Positions 1 through 14,403 of a stretch of 64,000 nucleotides of DNA are shown one piece after another. A program made the translations under genes and the position numbers. This DNA is from Octopus sinensis (taxonomy: Eukaryota), in the NCBI RefSeq assembly GCF_006345805.1, contig NC_043011.1:27044464-27108463 (forward strand), read 5' to 3'. The notes beneath the pieces were generated by a model. The model saw nothing but the letters and a program-made list of their open reading frames with translations. It was not told where the DNA came from and did not search any database. Positions within the stretch are counted from its first letter, which is position 1. Every line of letters starts with the position of its first letter.

Positions 1-84
1 CTGTTTGGATTGTCACTGTTGAGTGGAGGACAAATTAAATTTACATCAGAAATGTTCCTGTTTTACCTAAATGACATTATAAAG
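1..84 (+). CDS. possible 3' part of a host-gene exon (LFGLSLLSGGQIKFTSEMFLFYLNDIIK), product unknown
   Basis: Frame 1 is open for 28 codons while the other two + frames stop; it ends AAG|GTTTAT (donor-like) and lies in a CpG-depleted region. No homology recognised. Confidence 0.25.
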
Positions 85-282
85 GTTTATTTTGATGAAA
101 TTTCTAAAAGACTGGCATAACAGAATCTCTATATATTTGTGTATTTGTTTGTTTATGTTTAAGTTATTCTACTCTAAATCTCTATATAATTCAAGTGTCA
201 CAGCCGTCTCTCTTTACAGTGTGTCCTGTGCACATATCTACATTTATATAAACAGATATGTATATAAAACGTATAAAAGAAT

Positions 283-334
<52 letters not shown>

Positions 335-450
335 GCATAAAAGAATATATATATTATATATATATATCTTTTATCTTTTACTTCAGTCATTGGAGTGTGA
401 CCATGCTGGAGCTATACACACACACACACATATATATGTATGTGTGTGTG

Positions 451-502
<52 letters not shown>

Positions 503-829
503 AACAGACACACACACACACACATTGGCAAACCACATGTATAACCACAAAAAAATCATTGGATGTAGAAGAGTAAATTTTTTAAAAGACAGGCATGAAA
601 GACTTACATTCATGACTCTGAGTTTCTTGACAGTGATTTATTTGAGACTCACTATCATTCATTAACTGTTTCATGCATGTTTAAAATGTGCTTACTTCTG
701 TATTAAATACGCTTGCAACAACTGATGAACAATAAGAGATATTAAACAAACTGTAGTTGGAAAACTCTGTTCTGAATCATAGGTGTTCCGTGCCTGCATC
801 TTTAATAAATATATTTACATACGTGTGCT

Positions 830-861
<32 letters not shown>

Positions 862-1744
862 CTATATATATATATATATCATCGTCATCCAGTGTTTTAT
901 CGGGGGTGGCTGGATCTACCTCAATGCCATAGCAATGGAGGTAGGTAGGTGCAGCCCACCCCAACCTTTGGGCTGGCTGGTGCTCATTCTCCTTTGCTAT
1001 CATGGGGCTTTTTAGGAGCTGGATTTTCTATGGGGGACATGTCCTTGCTTACCCCCAATCTCAGTTTCTAGACATAAGTGGACCCGAGACCAAGGCCTCT
1101 ACCATGATCTTTAAGAAATGTGGTGGAAAACAAGCTCAGGAAGGCAGGGACTCTACTCCTTGAGACCCCTTTTGGAGCCCCCCTACCTACCTATATATAT
1201 ATATATATATATATTGGGCTTCTTTACAGTTTCTGTCTACCAAATCCACTTACAAGGCCTTGGTTGGTCTGAGGCTATAGTAGAAGACACTTGCCCAAGA
1301 TGCAATGCAGTTGGATTGATTTTTGGAAAAAACAGACAGGACTTGAACCCACATCAGTAAACATGATAGATGTTCTATCATTGGACCAAAGCAATCCTTC
1401 AAATTTCTTTAGTCATTTTAGAAACTATCCTTACCATGTTGTTGACATCATAAGAATTAATATACTTGAAGAGAATGTTGAATAATTGTTTTTTTAGAAC
1501 AATGGATCTCAAAGTGCATAAAGCTGTAAATAATTATGTAAATCTTGGGGTTAAAAAAAGAAACAACTCCTTGGATTGAAAAAGTTGAAGGCATGATTCT
1601 TCAGTTTCTGTCTACTAATTTCATTCACAAGGTGTATAGAACATCAGCTGACAGCATCCAGTCAGTGGGACCAAACCTTGAACCATGTGATTCTAAAGTG
1701 AACCTTTCAATCATAAGGCCATACTGTTTCTTTCTTATCATGGG

Positions 1745-2230
1745 TAATGGACTGGCAGAGTTGTTAGAGCATTGGACAAAGGGCTTTGCAGTATTTGCTC
1801 TGACTCCTTATCTCTGGAGATCAAATCCTGCTGAGGTCAAATATGTCTTTTCCCCTTTCCTGATAAAATAAAGTACCAGTCAGCTACTGGCAGTCAATCA
1901 TATAAGCTACCTCACCCTTCAAAATTGCTGTTCTTGAATATTAATTAGAAAAAGAGGGTAGTGGATTGCTGAAACCATTGAAGCGGCTGACAAAATATTT
2001 AGCAGTATTTCGGCTGTTTCGCTGTTTTCTGAGTTCAAATCCTGTTGGGATCTATTTTAACTCTAATCCTGTCATGGTTGATAAAATTTATTACCAGTTA
2101 AGTTCTAGAGTTGGCTTTTATGACTAACCCTTTCTCCACAAAATTGCCTGCCTTGTGCCTAAATTAGAAAACATTTCAAGCAGTGTGTTGGTGGAATGTT
2201 TAGAGCATTTGACAAAATACTTTGTAATAT
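1745..2230 (+). mobile_element. diverged head-to-tail copies of tRNA-derived SINE family A
   Basis: A-box-like tggcagag, B-box-like gagttcaaatcc (1985-2045), and the family core ...gataaaataaagtaccag...gccttgtgcc. Confidence 0.7.
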
Positions 2231-2243
2231 TCTTTCTGTTTAA

Positions 2244-2464
2244 CCCTTAAGCATTCAGATTACTCTGTCAAATTTAATACATATTCTTTAGCAATATTTT
2301 GAATTAATCGTGCACTATCTTGTTGCTTTGAGATTTTGAAGATCTAATTATTTATGATTTGAATGACATTGTCAAGTAGGTGTTTGAGGCCAGATCTGGC
2401 CAGTTTGAATATAGAACAGGTAAAATATTTTGAGCCAGATATGGCCAGTTTAAATGCTAAAGGG
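2244..2464. mobile_element. piggyBac-type MITE (221 bp)
   Basis: 12-bp TIRs cccttaagcatt / aatgctaaaggg (1 mismatch), flanked by TTAA at 2240-2243 and 2465-2468. Confidence 0.8.
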
Positions 2465-2966
2465 TTAATTTTCAACTTTGCCTCGAGGGTTGATAAAATA
2501 AAGTACCAGTCAAACACTGGAGTTGATAGTATCAACCAACCCCCTGTCCTCAAATTTGCTGGCCTTGTACCTAAATCTGAAATGATTATTATTATTGCAA
2601 GTTTTGATACATATATTTATATACACTCACACACAGACATACACATGTATATATATTCTTTTATTATATATTTCTTTATATTTTTTACATTTTTATGTAT
2701 CTTTCCTATACCTATAGGACATGTTTATAAAATTTGAAATTCTAGAGACTTTTTTATGAATATTTTTTTGTATTTGTTTCCACAATATCCTTTTATAATT
2801 TGATTTGATCCTATATAATTCCCTTGTCAGAATTCACAGTATGTCGCAGAATATTGAAATTTGCCAAACTAAATTGCATTCCATTCTATTAAACATGATA
2901 TGTTTTAATAGCAAGAATGTTTATGAGAAACTTTCACTTTTGCTGTTGCTTCTACCGTTGTTGCTG

Positions 2967-3011
<45 letters not shown>

Positions 3012-3224
3012 TTTTCCTGTCTTCTTTGTGTTTCCTTCCCTGTGCTCCAATTATATTCTTCAATTACTTCCTAAACTTCAATTCTCTCCTTCTCCCCATC
3101 CTCATCATTTCTTTCTTGTTTGTGTGTGTGTATATATATATATATATAAATATATATATATGCATATATATATATATCTAACTATAATCTCTGCTGGTCC
3201 ATCCCTCCTCCTATCGGCTGTAGC

Positions 3225-3606
3225 ATCATGCAAATCATCCTTATTACTCTTATTTCTGAGCTCAAATTTTGCTGAGGTCAACTTTGCCTCTTCTCTTTGC
3301 AAGGATGGTAAAATAAGTACCTGTTGTGCATTGGGGTTGATATCGTTGACTGGCCCCTTCCCCTATAGTAGAAAAAATTATAAGGCAGTGAGCTGGCAGA
3401 ATCATTAGCACACCAGACAAAGTGCTTAGCAGCATTTTGTCCATATTTATATTCTAAGTTCAAATTCTGCTGAGGCTAACTTTACTTTTCATCCTTCAGG
3501 GTCAATGAAATAAGAATCAGTTAAGCACTGGCGGTAATGTAATTGATTAGCCCTCCCTCCCCTCAAATTTGAGGCCTTGTGCTTGTTGTAGAAAGGTTTA
3601 TTAATA

Positions 3607-3643
<37 letters not shown>

Positions 3644-4400
3644 TTTTATTATTTTTAAGATGGCAAGTTGGTAGGATTGTTAGTGTATTGGATAAAATGC
3701 TTAGCAGCATTCCTTCAGGCCCTTTACATCCTGATTTCACATCCTGATTCTGCCAAGGGTATTTTTGGTTTTCATTCTTTCGGGATTGATAAAACAAGTA
3801 CCAGTTGAATACTGGGGTCAATGTAATTTCCTAAAATTTCAGGCCTTGTGCCTATAGTAAAAAGAATTGTTATCATTATATAAGGTGGCGAGCTGGCAGA
3901 ATAAGTTAGTACACTGGGCAAAATGCTTAGCAGTATTTTCGTCTGTCTTTACATTTTGAGTTCAAATTTTGCTGAGGTTGAGTTTGCTTTCATTTTTTCA
4001 GGGTCGATAAAATAAGTACCAGTTGAACACTGAGGCCAATATAATCGATTAGTCTTCTTCCCCCAAATTTCAGGCTCTGTGCCTTTAGTAGGAAGGATTC
4101 TTCTTATTATTAAGGCAGGAGATTGGTAGACTCATTAGAACTTTCTGCAAAATACCTTGCAATATTTCTCTTGGCTCTTTATTTTCTGAGTTTAAATTCT
4201 GCAGAGGTTGACTCAGCCTTTCATCCAGTCAGCTTTAAAAGTAGGTTGATGGTATCAACTAACTTATTCTCCTCAAAATTGCTGACTTTGTGCTAAAGTT
4301 AGAAAGCATTAATTCTTCTTTGATTGAGTTACATTTTTTCATATTCTGATTTCAAGCTCGCATTGGATCAACTATGCTTCTCATCATGTAGGGTTCAAAA
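3225..4400 (+). mobile_element. array of about 5 old SINE family A copies separated by ATT-rich tails
   Basis: Repeated ggcgagctggcagaa...gcttagcag...gagttcaaatt...ttcatcctt...gataaaataagtaccag...ggccttgtgcct units, with many CpG>TpG/CpA changes. Confidence 0.8.
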
Positions 4401-6415
4401 AATAAAAAAAACCAGTGATTTGCTGATGTTGTAGTCAAACATGCACACCTCTCAAAATTTATAGTTTTGTACCTATAAGAGAAGATTTTTTTGTTATATC
4501 ATCTTTTACTTGTTTCAGTCATTAGACAGTGGCTATGCTGGGGCATCATCTCAAAGGGTTTTAGTTGAACAAATTGACTCCACTACTTACTTTTTTAGTT
4601 TGGTTCTTGTTTTATCAGAATCTGTTGAGCAACAGTCAAATTGCAGTTGTTGCTTAGTTTACAATTGTTTCATCAATTTCAATGAAAGGAATCTTGTGTT
4701 ATCTCGTTGGCATGTCAACAATTACTAGTTTATAATGGACTGTGCAATCTTTTCACCACAACCCATGTTGGAATCAATAAACTGCAAAAATCAGTAAAAT
4801 TATTGACTTAAAAAAAATACATGCATACCCCTACCAGTCATCTGTTTGATGTTCAATAAGGGTATACATGATATTTTGGCATGATTTCACTGTACTGTGT
4901 TTTTCTTGTGCCACCAGTACTAGTAAGGTCACCATGTCGCTCACAAGACTATGAAACCTGTGGAAGAGTGAACAGCTTTATGCTAGGAGATGACGGTTAA
5001 GGTATGAGAAGGGGACGTGACAGAATATGTCCTTGTAGTGGAGTAACATGGCTACTCACATTTACTCACACACACATACATATGTGCATACACACACTCA
5101 TATATATTTGTGCATGTGTGATTAAAACACTAGCAACAGAAAAGACAAAAATGTATTAAATGCAGAATGTGGTTTGGGTTACCAATAGTACATTGGTCTC
5201 TCTCTCTCTCTCTCTCTCTCCCTCTCTCCCTGCATATATAAGTGTGTTTGTGTGTACATACAATGTACTATTCTTTTTATTAGTTGTCTCAGCTCTTGTG
5301 GTGATGAATCATAGCTAAAACAAACGTGTTAGTTAATGGAAGGAAATACATAATCTGAGCCAAACATCAAAAAATCAAACAGAATATCAATTAGGGGACA
5401 CGGAAATGCAAACATTTCAGAGAATGTTTGTTGAAGGGAAAAATGAAAATTGGTTTGAAGTTGGAACTAGTATTTACGACTCTAAACGTTGTAATGACAT
5501 CTATTAGGTTATTAATTATTATGTCCATGTTACATATTAGATAGAGGGACACGTAGAAAAGATGAGAAAGAGAAAGATGGATAGATATATAGTTAGAGGG
5601 ACAGATAGAGAGGTTGGGAAAGAGTGAGGGAGACGGAGTGATTGATAGAATGAGAAAGGGTAATAGATAGATAAAATATTGATGGATAGATGGAGAGAAA
5701 GAGTTAGATCAATAGATAAATGGATAGAAGGTTGATTGATAGATAACTAGAAAGAAGGATTGAGGGATAGCTAGATAAATAGAGGGATTGATAGATAGAC
5801 TGATAGATGGATAGACAGAGGGGTTTTAAAAATAGATTGATAGTTTCATTTTCCCCTGATTGAGCAAACTTTTGATCGAAAGCATTCAATCCAAGCCCAT
5901 CTCATTTTTGCATATCCAGTACTATATATCTAATACATCCATCCATTTTCAAAATAGTCAGATCTGATCTGAGGGAGAGATTTCTAGCTGGTAGTTTGAC
6001 TACATGGAGGTCTCCACATTGTTTATACCCAATTCAGCACTACTTGAGCAGACTTAAGATCAAATGCATTCCAACCATGACTATTCATTTTTTTTTCTCT
6101 ACATCTTTTTTCTTTGAATGATGTTGGGGTGTTATTTCAGATGTTGTTAGGCTGCTTTGCCTAACAGGTTGAACGACCCTGTTAAGGCTGTCTTATTGAA
6201 TCATGATTGTGGTAGAACAGGTTGTAGGTGGGATTGCTCTGACTGATTTTATGTGAAATGAGAACTGGAATAGAGGCAGCTATTTGCATCCTCAGTAATT
6301 TTAGCTGTGGCTATCCATCTAAATTTTGTCAATATACTGCTTTTGTTCTTGGGTTTTAATTGCTCCTATTTCTACATCTGCAGGTGCAAGCCGAGACAAA
6401 GTTTCATTCATTTCA

Positions 6416-6612
6416 CTGGCACTCGTGCTGGTAGCACGTCAAAGCACCCACTACACTCTTGGAGTGGTTGGCATTAGAAAGGGCATCCAGCTGTAGAAAC
6501 TTTGCCAGATCAGATTGAGCCTGGTGCAGCCTCTGGCTCACCAGTACTCAGTCAAACCGTCCAACCCATGCCAGCATGGAAAGCGGACATTAAATGATGA
6601 TGATGATGATGA
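6416..6612 (+). mobile_element. SINE/LINE 3' tail of RTE type ending in (GAT)n
   Basis: aagggcatccagctgtagaaac...aaccgtccaacccatgccagcatggaaagcggacattaaa(tga)n, resembling RTE-clade 3' ends (from recall). Confidence 0.6.
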
Positions 6613-6820
6613 TTTCAATGCTGGCGTGGGTTAGATAAATATATTTTTTAGGCATTTTTTTACAGCTGGATATCCTTTCTGTTGCTAACCATTCCTTGTT
6701 TTTTTATTTTTAAAATTAGGGACGTCTTATTTCACATGAATTTGAAAGCACAAAGAAAATGAAAATTGGCTGACAGGAGAAACGACAACAATACTGCTTG
6801 TAGCCTTTGACTTGTATGGA

Positions 6821-6856
<36 letters not shown>

Positions 6857-6892
6857 ATGCAGACACAAACATGCATATGTATACACACATAC

Positions 6893-6964
<72 letters not shown>

Positions 6965-6975
6965 AAAAAGAGTAA

Positions 6976-7290
6976 AGACCTCCTTCAGTCATGAATGACT
7001 ATGAGATCGCAACTAGAGAGTTCCCCTCTGAGGCATAAGTCCAGGCAAGGTTGTTTTGTAGAAGACCAGCAGTCTCCCATGCATACCAGCCTCTCTCTCC
7101 ATGCCATCGATGTTGTCCATGTAAAGGCAAAAGCCAATGCAGCTTGATTCCAGTGATGTCTCAACTAATTTCTACAGCTGAGTGAACTGGAGTAATATGA
7201 AATAAAGTGTCTTGCTCAAGAACACAACACAGCTCAGTCCAAGAGGAATTGAACTCATATCCTCATGATTGTAAGTCTGACACTCTTATT
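6976..7290 (-). mobile_element. tRNA-derived CORE-like SINE (family C)
   Basis: Reverse-complement homolog of the copy at 12460-12786 (gtgttcttgagcaagacacttt core). Confidence 0.7.
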
Positions 7291-8028
7291 GCTGAGCCAT
7301 CCACTTTTAGTCCACTACATCTTATAGCAGAAGCAGCTGCAAGTAAAGGAAGTTCATTACATAACCATTGCTTTTCTTGTGTCATCTCTTTTTCTTATCA
7401 CTCGATACTCGTTGACCATTTTGTTTTGAAACATATGTAAATTGAGTTCTACACTAAGTTATTAGTCTTGTATTGCTTAAGCAAAATAAAAGTACACACA
7501 CACACATACGTTTGCCCCCCCCCATTTTCATATCACTTACGATTTAAATTTGTTGCTCTATATTTTTCAATTTAAATTCTGTTTGGGATTGACTTTGTCT
7601 CTAAGTAAGAAATCGGCATTGAAAGTTTTCACAGAAGTAGTAGTAGTAGTAGTAGTAGTAGAAATGTATTAATTGTAGTAGTCGTAAAGTCCCAACCTGA
7701 TCTGTTCAAGAGATCCTTTGGTATGGAAATAGCCAACCAAAGATTCTTTTCCAATGTGTTCCGAATATGGCCATCTCTGATTATATTGAAGGGAATAATT
7801 CATTCTAAAATTGAAGTGAGGAGAGTATTTGCAATTTATAGGGAGTCTTTTGAGGATACTCTACAAACTGTTCTCTTACTTATATATCTTGCTACTTTGA
7901 GTACTCACATAGATGCTCTCTAATTGGTTCAACAACAAAAATGATTGGCTGGAAAGAAAAAAAAAGGAAACATCAGAAGATTGAGTTAATTAAAATACTC
8001 CTAAAATATCACATACAATAATGGTTTT

Positions 8029-8077
<49 letters not shown>

Positions 8078-8370
8078 GTATATATATTTGTGTATATAGG
8101 TATATATATATATTTGTGTATATATGTATATATATATATATATGTATATATATTATATATATATATACATATATGGTTGCATATATTTTCACTTTAGTCC
8201 TTCTCTTGCAATTCATCACTTCTTCTCTTCTTTATTTCTCTTCCAATTACCTTCTATTGATTCCTATTGTGTCTCTTCACCCCCCTCCCCCATGCTTGTA
8301 CCATTCCTTCAGTCCGCTACTTTGTTAAAGCCAGAAATGACTCTAATGAAAGTAGAATTAGTTTTCTATG

Positions 8371-8417
<47 letters not shown>

Positions 8418-9057
8418 CTATATATATATATACACACACATACACACTAATATATATGTGAGTGAGTATATATGTGTATATGTATGCATGTATGTATGTA
8501 TGTGTGTGTGTGGGTATATATATGTGTGAATATATATGTATATATCCATGCGTGTATGTATATATATATATATTATATATATATATAAATATCTATATGT
8601 GTGTGTATATATATATATATGTACATATATATGTGTATATATATATATGTACATATATATGTGTATATATATATGTACATATATGTGTGTGTGTATATAT
8701 GTATGTATATATTATCTATCTATCTATCTATATATATATATTATGTGTGTATGTATGTATATATATATATGTATATTATCTATCTGTTTATATAATATAT
8801 ATATATATATATATATTATTTATGTATATATATATATATTATTTATATATATGTACATATTTATATATATATATATATATATATCTATATATATATATTA
8901 TTTATATATACGTACATATTTTTATATATATATATGTATATATATATTATTTATATGTACATATAGCTATATATATGTATATGAATATATATATATATAT
9001 GTGTGTGTGTATATGAATATATATGTATATATTATATATTCTTTATATACATATATA

Positions 9058-9107
<50 letters not shown>

Positions 9108-9517
9108 GTATATATAATATTTAAGCAGTTGATTTGGTTTTATGCTTCTAACGGCAGCCTGACCATTTCAAGCCTCTGGAATGCAGACTGGAGAGATCCA
9201 GAAACTCCAAGACGGCTACCATTAAGTCCAAGATATGCTGCTATTTTAGCATATGTATATATGCATACATATGAATGTATATGTATGTGTCTATAAACTA
9301 CTAATCAAAAATTATACAATTATCTGAAATATGAATTTTAAAAAATTGTTTTCATTGCAGTTTTTACTAACAGACGTTTCTACTTCATCTGAGAAAGTGC
9401 TAATGTCAAAATTGGAGAAGTCATACACACACATACACGCATGTGTGTGTATGTATATATATATATGTGTGTAAATACATATATTTATGTGTGTGTATGT
9501 ATATATGTGTGCACATG

Positions 9518-9552
<35 letters not shown>

Positions 9553-10430
9553 GTGTGTGTATATATATATCTGCTATAGTACTTCTTAGTATCATAAATG
9601 ATATTAAGTGTTCTTCATTTATTTGAAATTTGAAGTACCAATCTCGGCCTCTTTGATAAAATAAGATTGAAAAAAAAAATAATATAACAAAAAAACAAAT
9701 GAAAAACAAAACTATTTGATATTCATTATTGAATTTTGTACTGTATTTTTTTTTTTTTTGGAAAATTATTCCAAATTTATTGCTTTTGTTTTAAGCTATA
9801 ACTATTTAACATTTACCGATAAACTAATAGCTTTACTGCTCTTTTAACATTTAATCTCTGTTGTCATGACCTTGCAAAATATTACGTAGTTCTCAGACTA
9901 CTTTCATTCATAATATGTATATATGTACATGAGTGTCTGTGTATATGTGATTGTGCGTGTGTTTGTGTGTATGTATCTACTCTTAACTATATGGTAATTT
10001 CATTTTTGTTGTCAAATTTCTTCAAAATTTTTATACATTTTTAAATTTGTATTTTTAAGATTTATACTTTCTTTCCATTAACACTATGCAATATATATAT
10101 ATATATGATAAATATGTAATATATATATATATATAAAATACGTAACATTTTTAATATATATAACATATCTATATGTATAACATATATGTAATATATGTAT
10201 ATATATATAAAACATATTTATAATATACACATATTAAAATGTTTTTTCATCCTCATTACCTGAATTTTTACGCTTTACATCTTAAATAAACGATATAAAC
10301 AGTGATTTATGTATTGGATACACCTCTTAATTGTATTGAGAAATTTAACATTTGATATATTTTATTTCTGTGTTGTACATTCTTCTCTCTATAACTCACT
10401 GCCAGCTCGTCACCTGTAAGTATAATATAT

Positions 10431-10659
10431 TTCTTTACTGCCCACAAGGGGCTAAACATAGAGGGGACAAACAAGGATAGATATAGGTATTAAGTCGATT
10501 ACATCGACCCCAGTGTGTAGCTGGTACTTTATTTATCGACCCCGAAAGGATGAAAGGCAAAGTCAACCTCGGCGGAATTTGAACTCAGAACGTAGCAGCA
10601 GACGAAATACTGCCAAGAATTTCGCCCGGCGTGCTAACGACTCTGCCAGCTCACCGCCA
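10431..10659 (-). mobile_element. young SINE family A copy
   Basis: Near-identical to the copies at 20130 and 53040; tRNA-like head with B box gagttcaaattcc on the minus strand. Confidence 0.9.
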
Positions 10660-10923
10660 AATATAATATTCTTTTCTACTCTAGGCACAAAGCCCAAAAT
10701 TTTGGGGGAAGGGCCAGTCAATTAGATCGACCCTAGTACGCAATTCATTCTTAATTTACCGAACCCCGAAAGGATGAAAGGCAAAGTCGACCCTCATGGG
10801 GATGCTGGAAAATTTCTGGCTTTGAGTAAAAGAAAATACAGGAGGATCAATTATAATTTTATTAAACATATTCCCTTCTCAGATTCATACACTTATTGCT
10901 GCAGCTATATCTATCTATCTATC

Positions 10924-11306
10924 TGTGGAGGCGCAATGGCCCTGTGGTTAGGGCAGCGGACTCGTAGTCGTAGGATCGTGGCTTCGATTCCCAGACCGGG
11001 CGTTGTGAGTGTTTATTGAGTGAAAACACCTAAAGCTTCACGAGGCTTCAGCAGGGGATGGTGGTGATCCCTGCTGTACTCTTTCACCACAACTTTCTCT
11101 CACTCTTACTTCCTGTTTCTGTTGTACCTGTATTTCAAAGGGCCGGCCTTGTCACTCTCTGTGTCACGTTGAATATCCCCGAGAACTACGTTAAGGGTAC
11201 ATGTGTCTGTGGAGTGCTCAGCCACTCACACGTTAATTTCACGAGCAGGCTGTTCCGTTGATCGGATCAACCGGAACCCTCGTTGTCGTAACCGACAGAG
11301 TGCTTC
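10924..11306 (+). mobile_element. full-length tRNA-derived SINE (family D)
   Basis: Head ggcgcaatggccctgtggttagggcagcggactcg...cttcgattccc (A and B boxes); highly similar inverted copy at 13716-14098. Confidence 0.9.
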
Positions 11307-11317
11307 TTATCTATCTA

Positions 11318-11348
<31 letters not shown>

Positions 11349-12347
11349 GCCTACCTGCCTGTCTGTCTGTCTGTCTGTCTGTCATCCATCTATCTGCCTG
11401 TCTGTCTGTATGTATGTATGTCTATTTATCTCTATCTATCTATCTGCTTGCCTGTCTGTCTGCCTGCCTGCCTGTCTGTGTATCTGTCTGTCTTTCTATG
11501 TATCTATCTATCTATCTATCTATCTATGTGCATGCATGTATGATAGCTTTGACAGGTTTCAGGCAGTATAGGCCCAGGCCATGTCTAACTTAATAGCACC
11601 ACCTGGTAATGTCTTTTAGTTAGTCATATATGTAGGGCACCATGACCCACTCTAGCAAAGAGTTATTATTGTTGGAGACATATCTGGGTGTAGGAGGTTG
11701 GTCCGGGATTTTTTTGAAGAAATTTATTCAGTGAACCTTTGAATTTTATGTTATCAACATTTACTCCAAGGTCTCTATTCTGAAATCATATTGAATAGTT
11801 GACCAAAATGTTTGCTTGTCTGTATTGAAACTCCAAGACTGCAATGCTAAATATCACAGGGAAATATTTCTAATTCATTCTCATTCTCTTCCATATAAAT
11901 ATATACATACCGGAATGCAGTTTATCACGTGCATTCAAAGGTTAAATGAACCCACACTTCGTACAATATTCTGAAGCATAAAATTAAAACGGAATAGGTA
12001 TTACGAAGTTGCAAATCAATGCACATTGAGCTGACATCTGATCAATAACAAGTTAATGTTATGACAGCCAAATATTTCTTAAATGGATGAATTCTGGTAG
12101 AGGTCAAAGCTCTAATGTTGAAGTTTGTGAAGTAATGACTTCTACAAGTCATTATTTCACACTACTTTACAGATTTATTCTATATTAACCATAGTTATCG
12201 CATGTTAAAAGTTGCGTTAAATGACTTGTTTAATTATTTTCATGGAATGGGAAAAATGGAAAAGTGTGCGTGTACAAAGTAAATATGTATGGGATTGCAT
12301 GTGTGTATACATACAAATTTGTGAACATAAGACACTTATGCAGGTTC

Positions 12348-12380
<33 letters not shown>

Positions 12381-12459
12381 TATATCATAAAGAGAATAAT
12401 GTATTTGAGAGTATGTAAAGGTGAGGTTGATGAATAACCAGCATGATACTTTCTGTGTA

Positions 12460-12786
12460 GGCGTATGGCTCAGTGGTTAGAGCATCGGGTTCACAATCAT
12501 GAGGTAGTGAGTTCGATTCCCGGACTGGGCTGTGTGTTGTGTTCTTGAGCAAGACACTTTATTTGACGTTGCTCCAGTTCACTCACTGTAGAAATGAGTT
12601 GTGACGTCACTGGTGCCAAGCTGTTATTGGCATTTTCCTTTCTCTTGGATAACATCGGTGGTGTGGAGTGAGAGGCTGGTATCCTTGGGTGACGGCTGGT
12701 CTTCCATAAACAACCTTACCTGGACTTGTGCCTCGGAGAGTAACTTTCTAGGTGCAATCTCATGGTCATTCATGACCAAAGGGAGT
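12460..12786 (+). mobile_element. tRNA-derived CORE-like SINE (family C)
   Basis: ggcgtatggctcagtggttagagc...gagttcgattcccgg head followed by gtgttcttgagcaagacacttt. Confidence 0.8.
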
Positions 12787-13187
12787 CTCTTTTACTTGTT
12801 TCAGTCATTTGGCTGCAGCCATGATGGAGCACCACCTTTAGTGGAGCAAATCGACTCCAGGATTTATTCTTTGTAAGCCTAGTACTTATTCTATCGGTTT
12901 CTTTTGCCGAACCGCTAAGTTACGGGGACATAAAGATACCAGCATCGGTTGCCAAGTGATGTTGGGGGGACAAGCACAGACACACAAACATATACACACA
13001 CATATACATATATATACATATATACGACGGGCTTCTTTCAGTTTCCGTCTACCAAATCCACTCACAAGGCTTTGGTCGGCCCGAGGCTATTGTAGAAGAC
13101 ACTTGCCCAAGGTGCCACGCAGAGGGACTGAACCCGAAACCATGTGGTTGGTAAGCAAGTTACTTACGACACAGCCACTCCTGCGCC
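12787..13187 (-). mobile_element. full-length SINE family B with internal microsatellite
   Basis: Reverse complement of the 32620-33087 element; CORE-like gtggcaccttgggcaagtgtctt; internal CA/TA tract. Confidence 0.9.
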
Positions 13188-13715
13188 TATTTTGTTCGCT
13201 TTTACGCTCCCCTTTCTCTTTCCTTTTGCCCTTTTACTTTCTGGATATATTGATCTTCTTGCTCAGGGTTAGAAAAACAACTACATTAGCACAACAATTA
13301 CATCTGAAAACGCGCCTTCTGTCGCCGTCATCGTCCTTGTCGTCGTCGTCGTTGTCGTCATCGTAGTAGTAGTAGTCGTAGTAGTAGTTCTTTCTTACTA
13401 TAGGCGCTAGGCCTGAACATTTGGGAGAGGGTTTAGTCGATTACATCGAGCCCAGCGCTCAGCTGGTACTTATTTTATCGACCCCGAAATTATAAAAGAC
13501 AAAATTGTTTCAAATTTTGGAAAAAAGACCAACGATTTTGAGAATATTGCCGATTCCATTCTCCTCCACCCCTCCGGTACATGACTGATACTTTTATTTT
13601 GCCGATCCTTGAGGAATAAAAAGCAACATTAACCTCGGACTTCCATAATTTCGGTGTCGATAAAATAGTAATAATGATGATGATGAGGGTGCTGCTGCTA
13701 CTGATAATAACAGTG

Positions 13716-14098
13716 GAAGCACTCCGTCGGTTACGACGACGAGGGTTCCGGTTGATCCGAATCAACGGAACAGCCTGCTCGTGAAATTAACGTGTAAGTG
13801 GCTGAGCACCCCACAGACACGTGTACCTTTAACGCAGTTCTCGGGGATATTCAGCGTGACACAGAGAGTGACAAGGCCGGCCCTTTGAAATACAGGTACA
13901 ACAGAAACAGGAAGTAAGAGTGAGAGAAAGTTGTGGTGAAAGAGTACAGCATGGATCACCACCATCCCCTGCCGGAGCCTCGTGGAGCTTTAGGTGTTTT
14001 CGCTCAATAAACACTCACAACGCCCGGTCTGGGAATCGAAACCGCGATCCTACGACCGCGAGTCCGCTGCCCTAACCACTGGGCCATTGCGCCTCCAC
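13716..14098 (-). mobile_element. full-length SINE family D
   Basis: Reverse complement of 10924-11306 (see near-identical ORF translations 11058+ and 13762-). Confidence 0.9.
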
Positions 14099-14356
14099 GA
14101 TAATAACAGTAACAACAACAACAACGATCCTTCCTACTATAGGCACAAGGTCTGAAAATTGGGAGAGGGGTGCTTGTTGATTATATTGATCCCAGTGTTT
14201 CACTGGTACTTATTTCATCGACTCAGAAAAAATGAAAGGTAAAGTCGACCTCAGCGAAACTTGAACTCAGAACACAAGGACGGATGAACAGCCGCTAAGC
14301 ATTTTGCCCAGCTTGTTAACGGTTCTGCCAGTTCGCCGCCTTAATAATAATAATAA

Positions 14357-14387
<31 letters not shown>

Positions 14388-14403
14388 TAATAATAATAAT
14401 AAT

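Noticed and set aside
5337-5510. 58-codon protein-like open frame
   Set aside because: Bounded by stops with no suitable acceptor or start; not recognised
10405-10425. Strong GTAAGT donor
   Set aside because: The preceding sequence is a reverse-complement SINE A head fragment; no credible exon
10924-11000. tRNA-like sequences at SINE heads (also 12460, 32620, 36470, 62697)
   Set aside because: They continue into repeat bodies and lack a complete acceptor stem; SINEs, not tRNA genes
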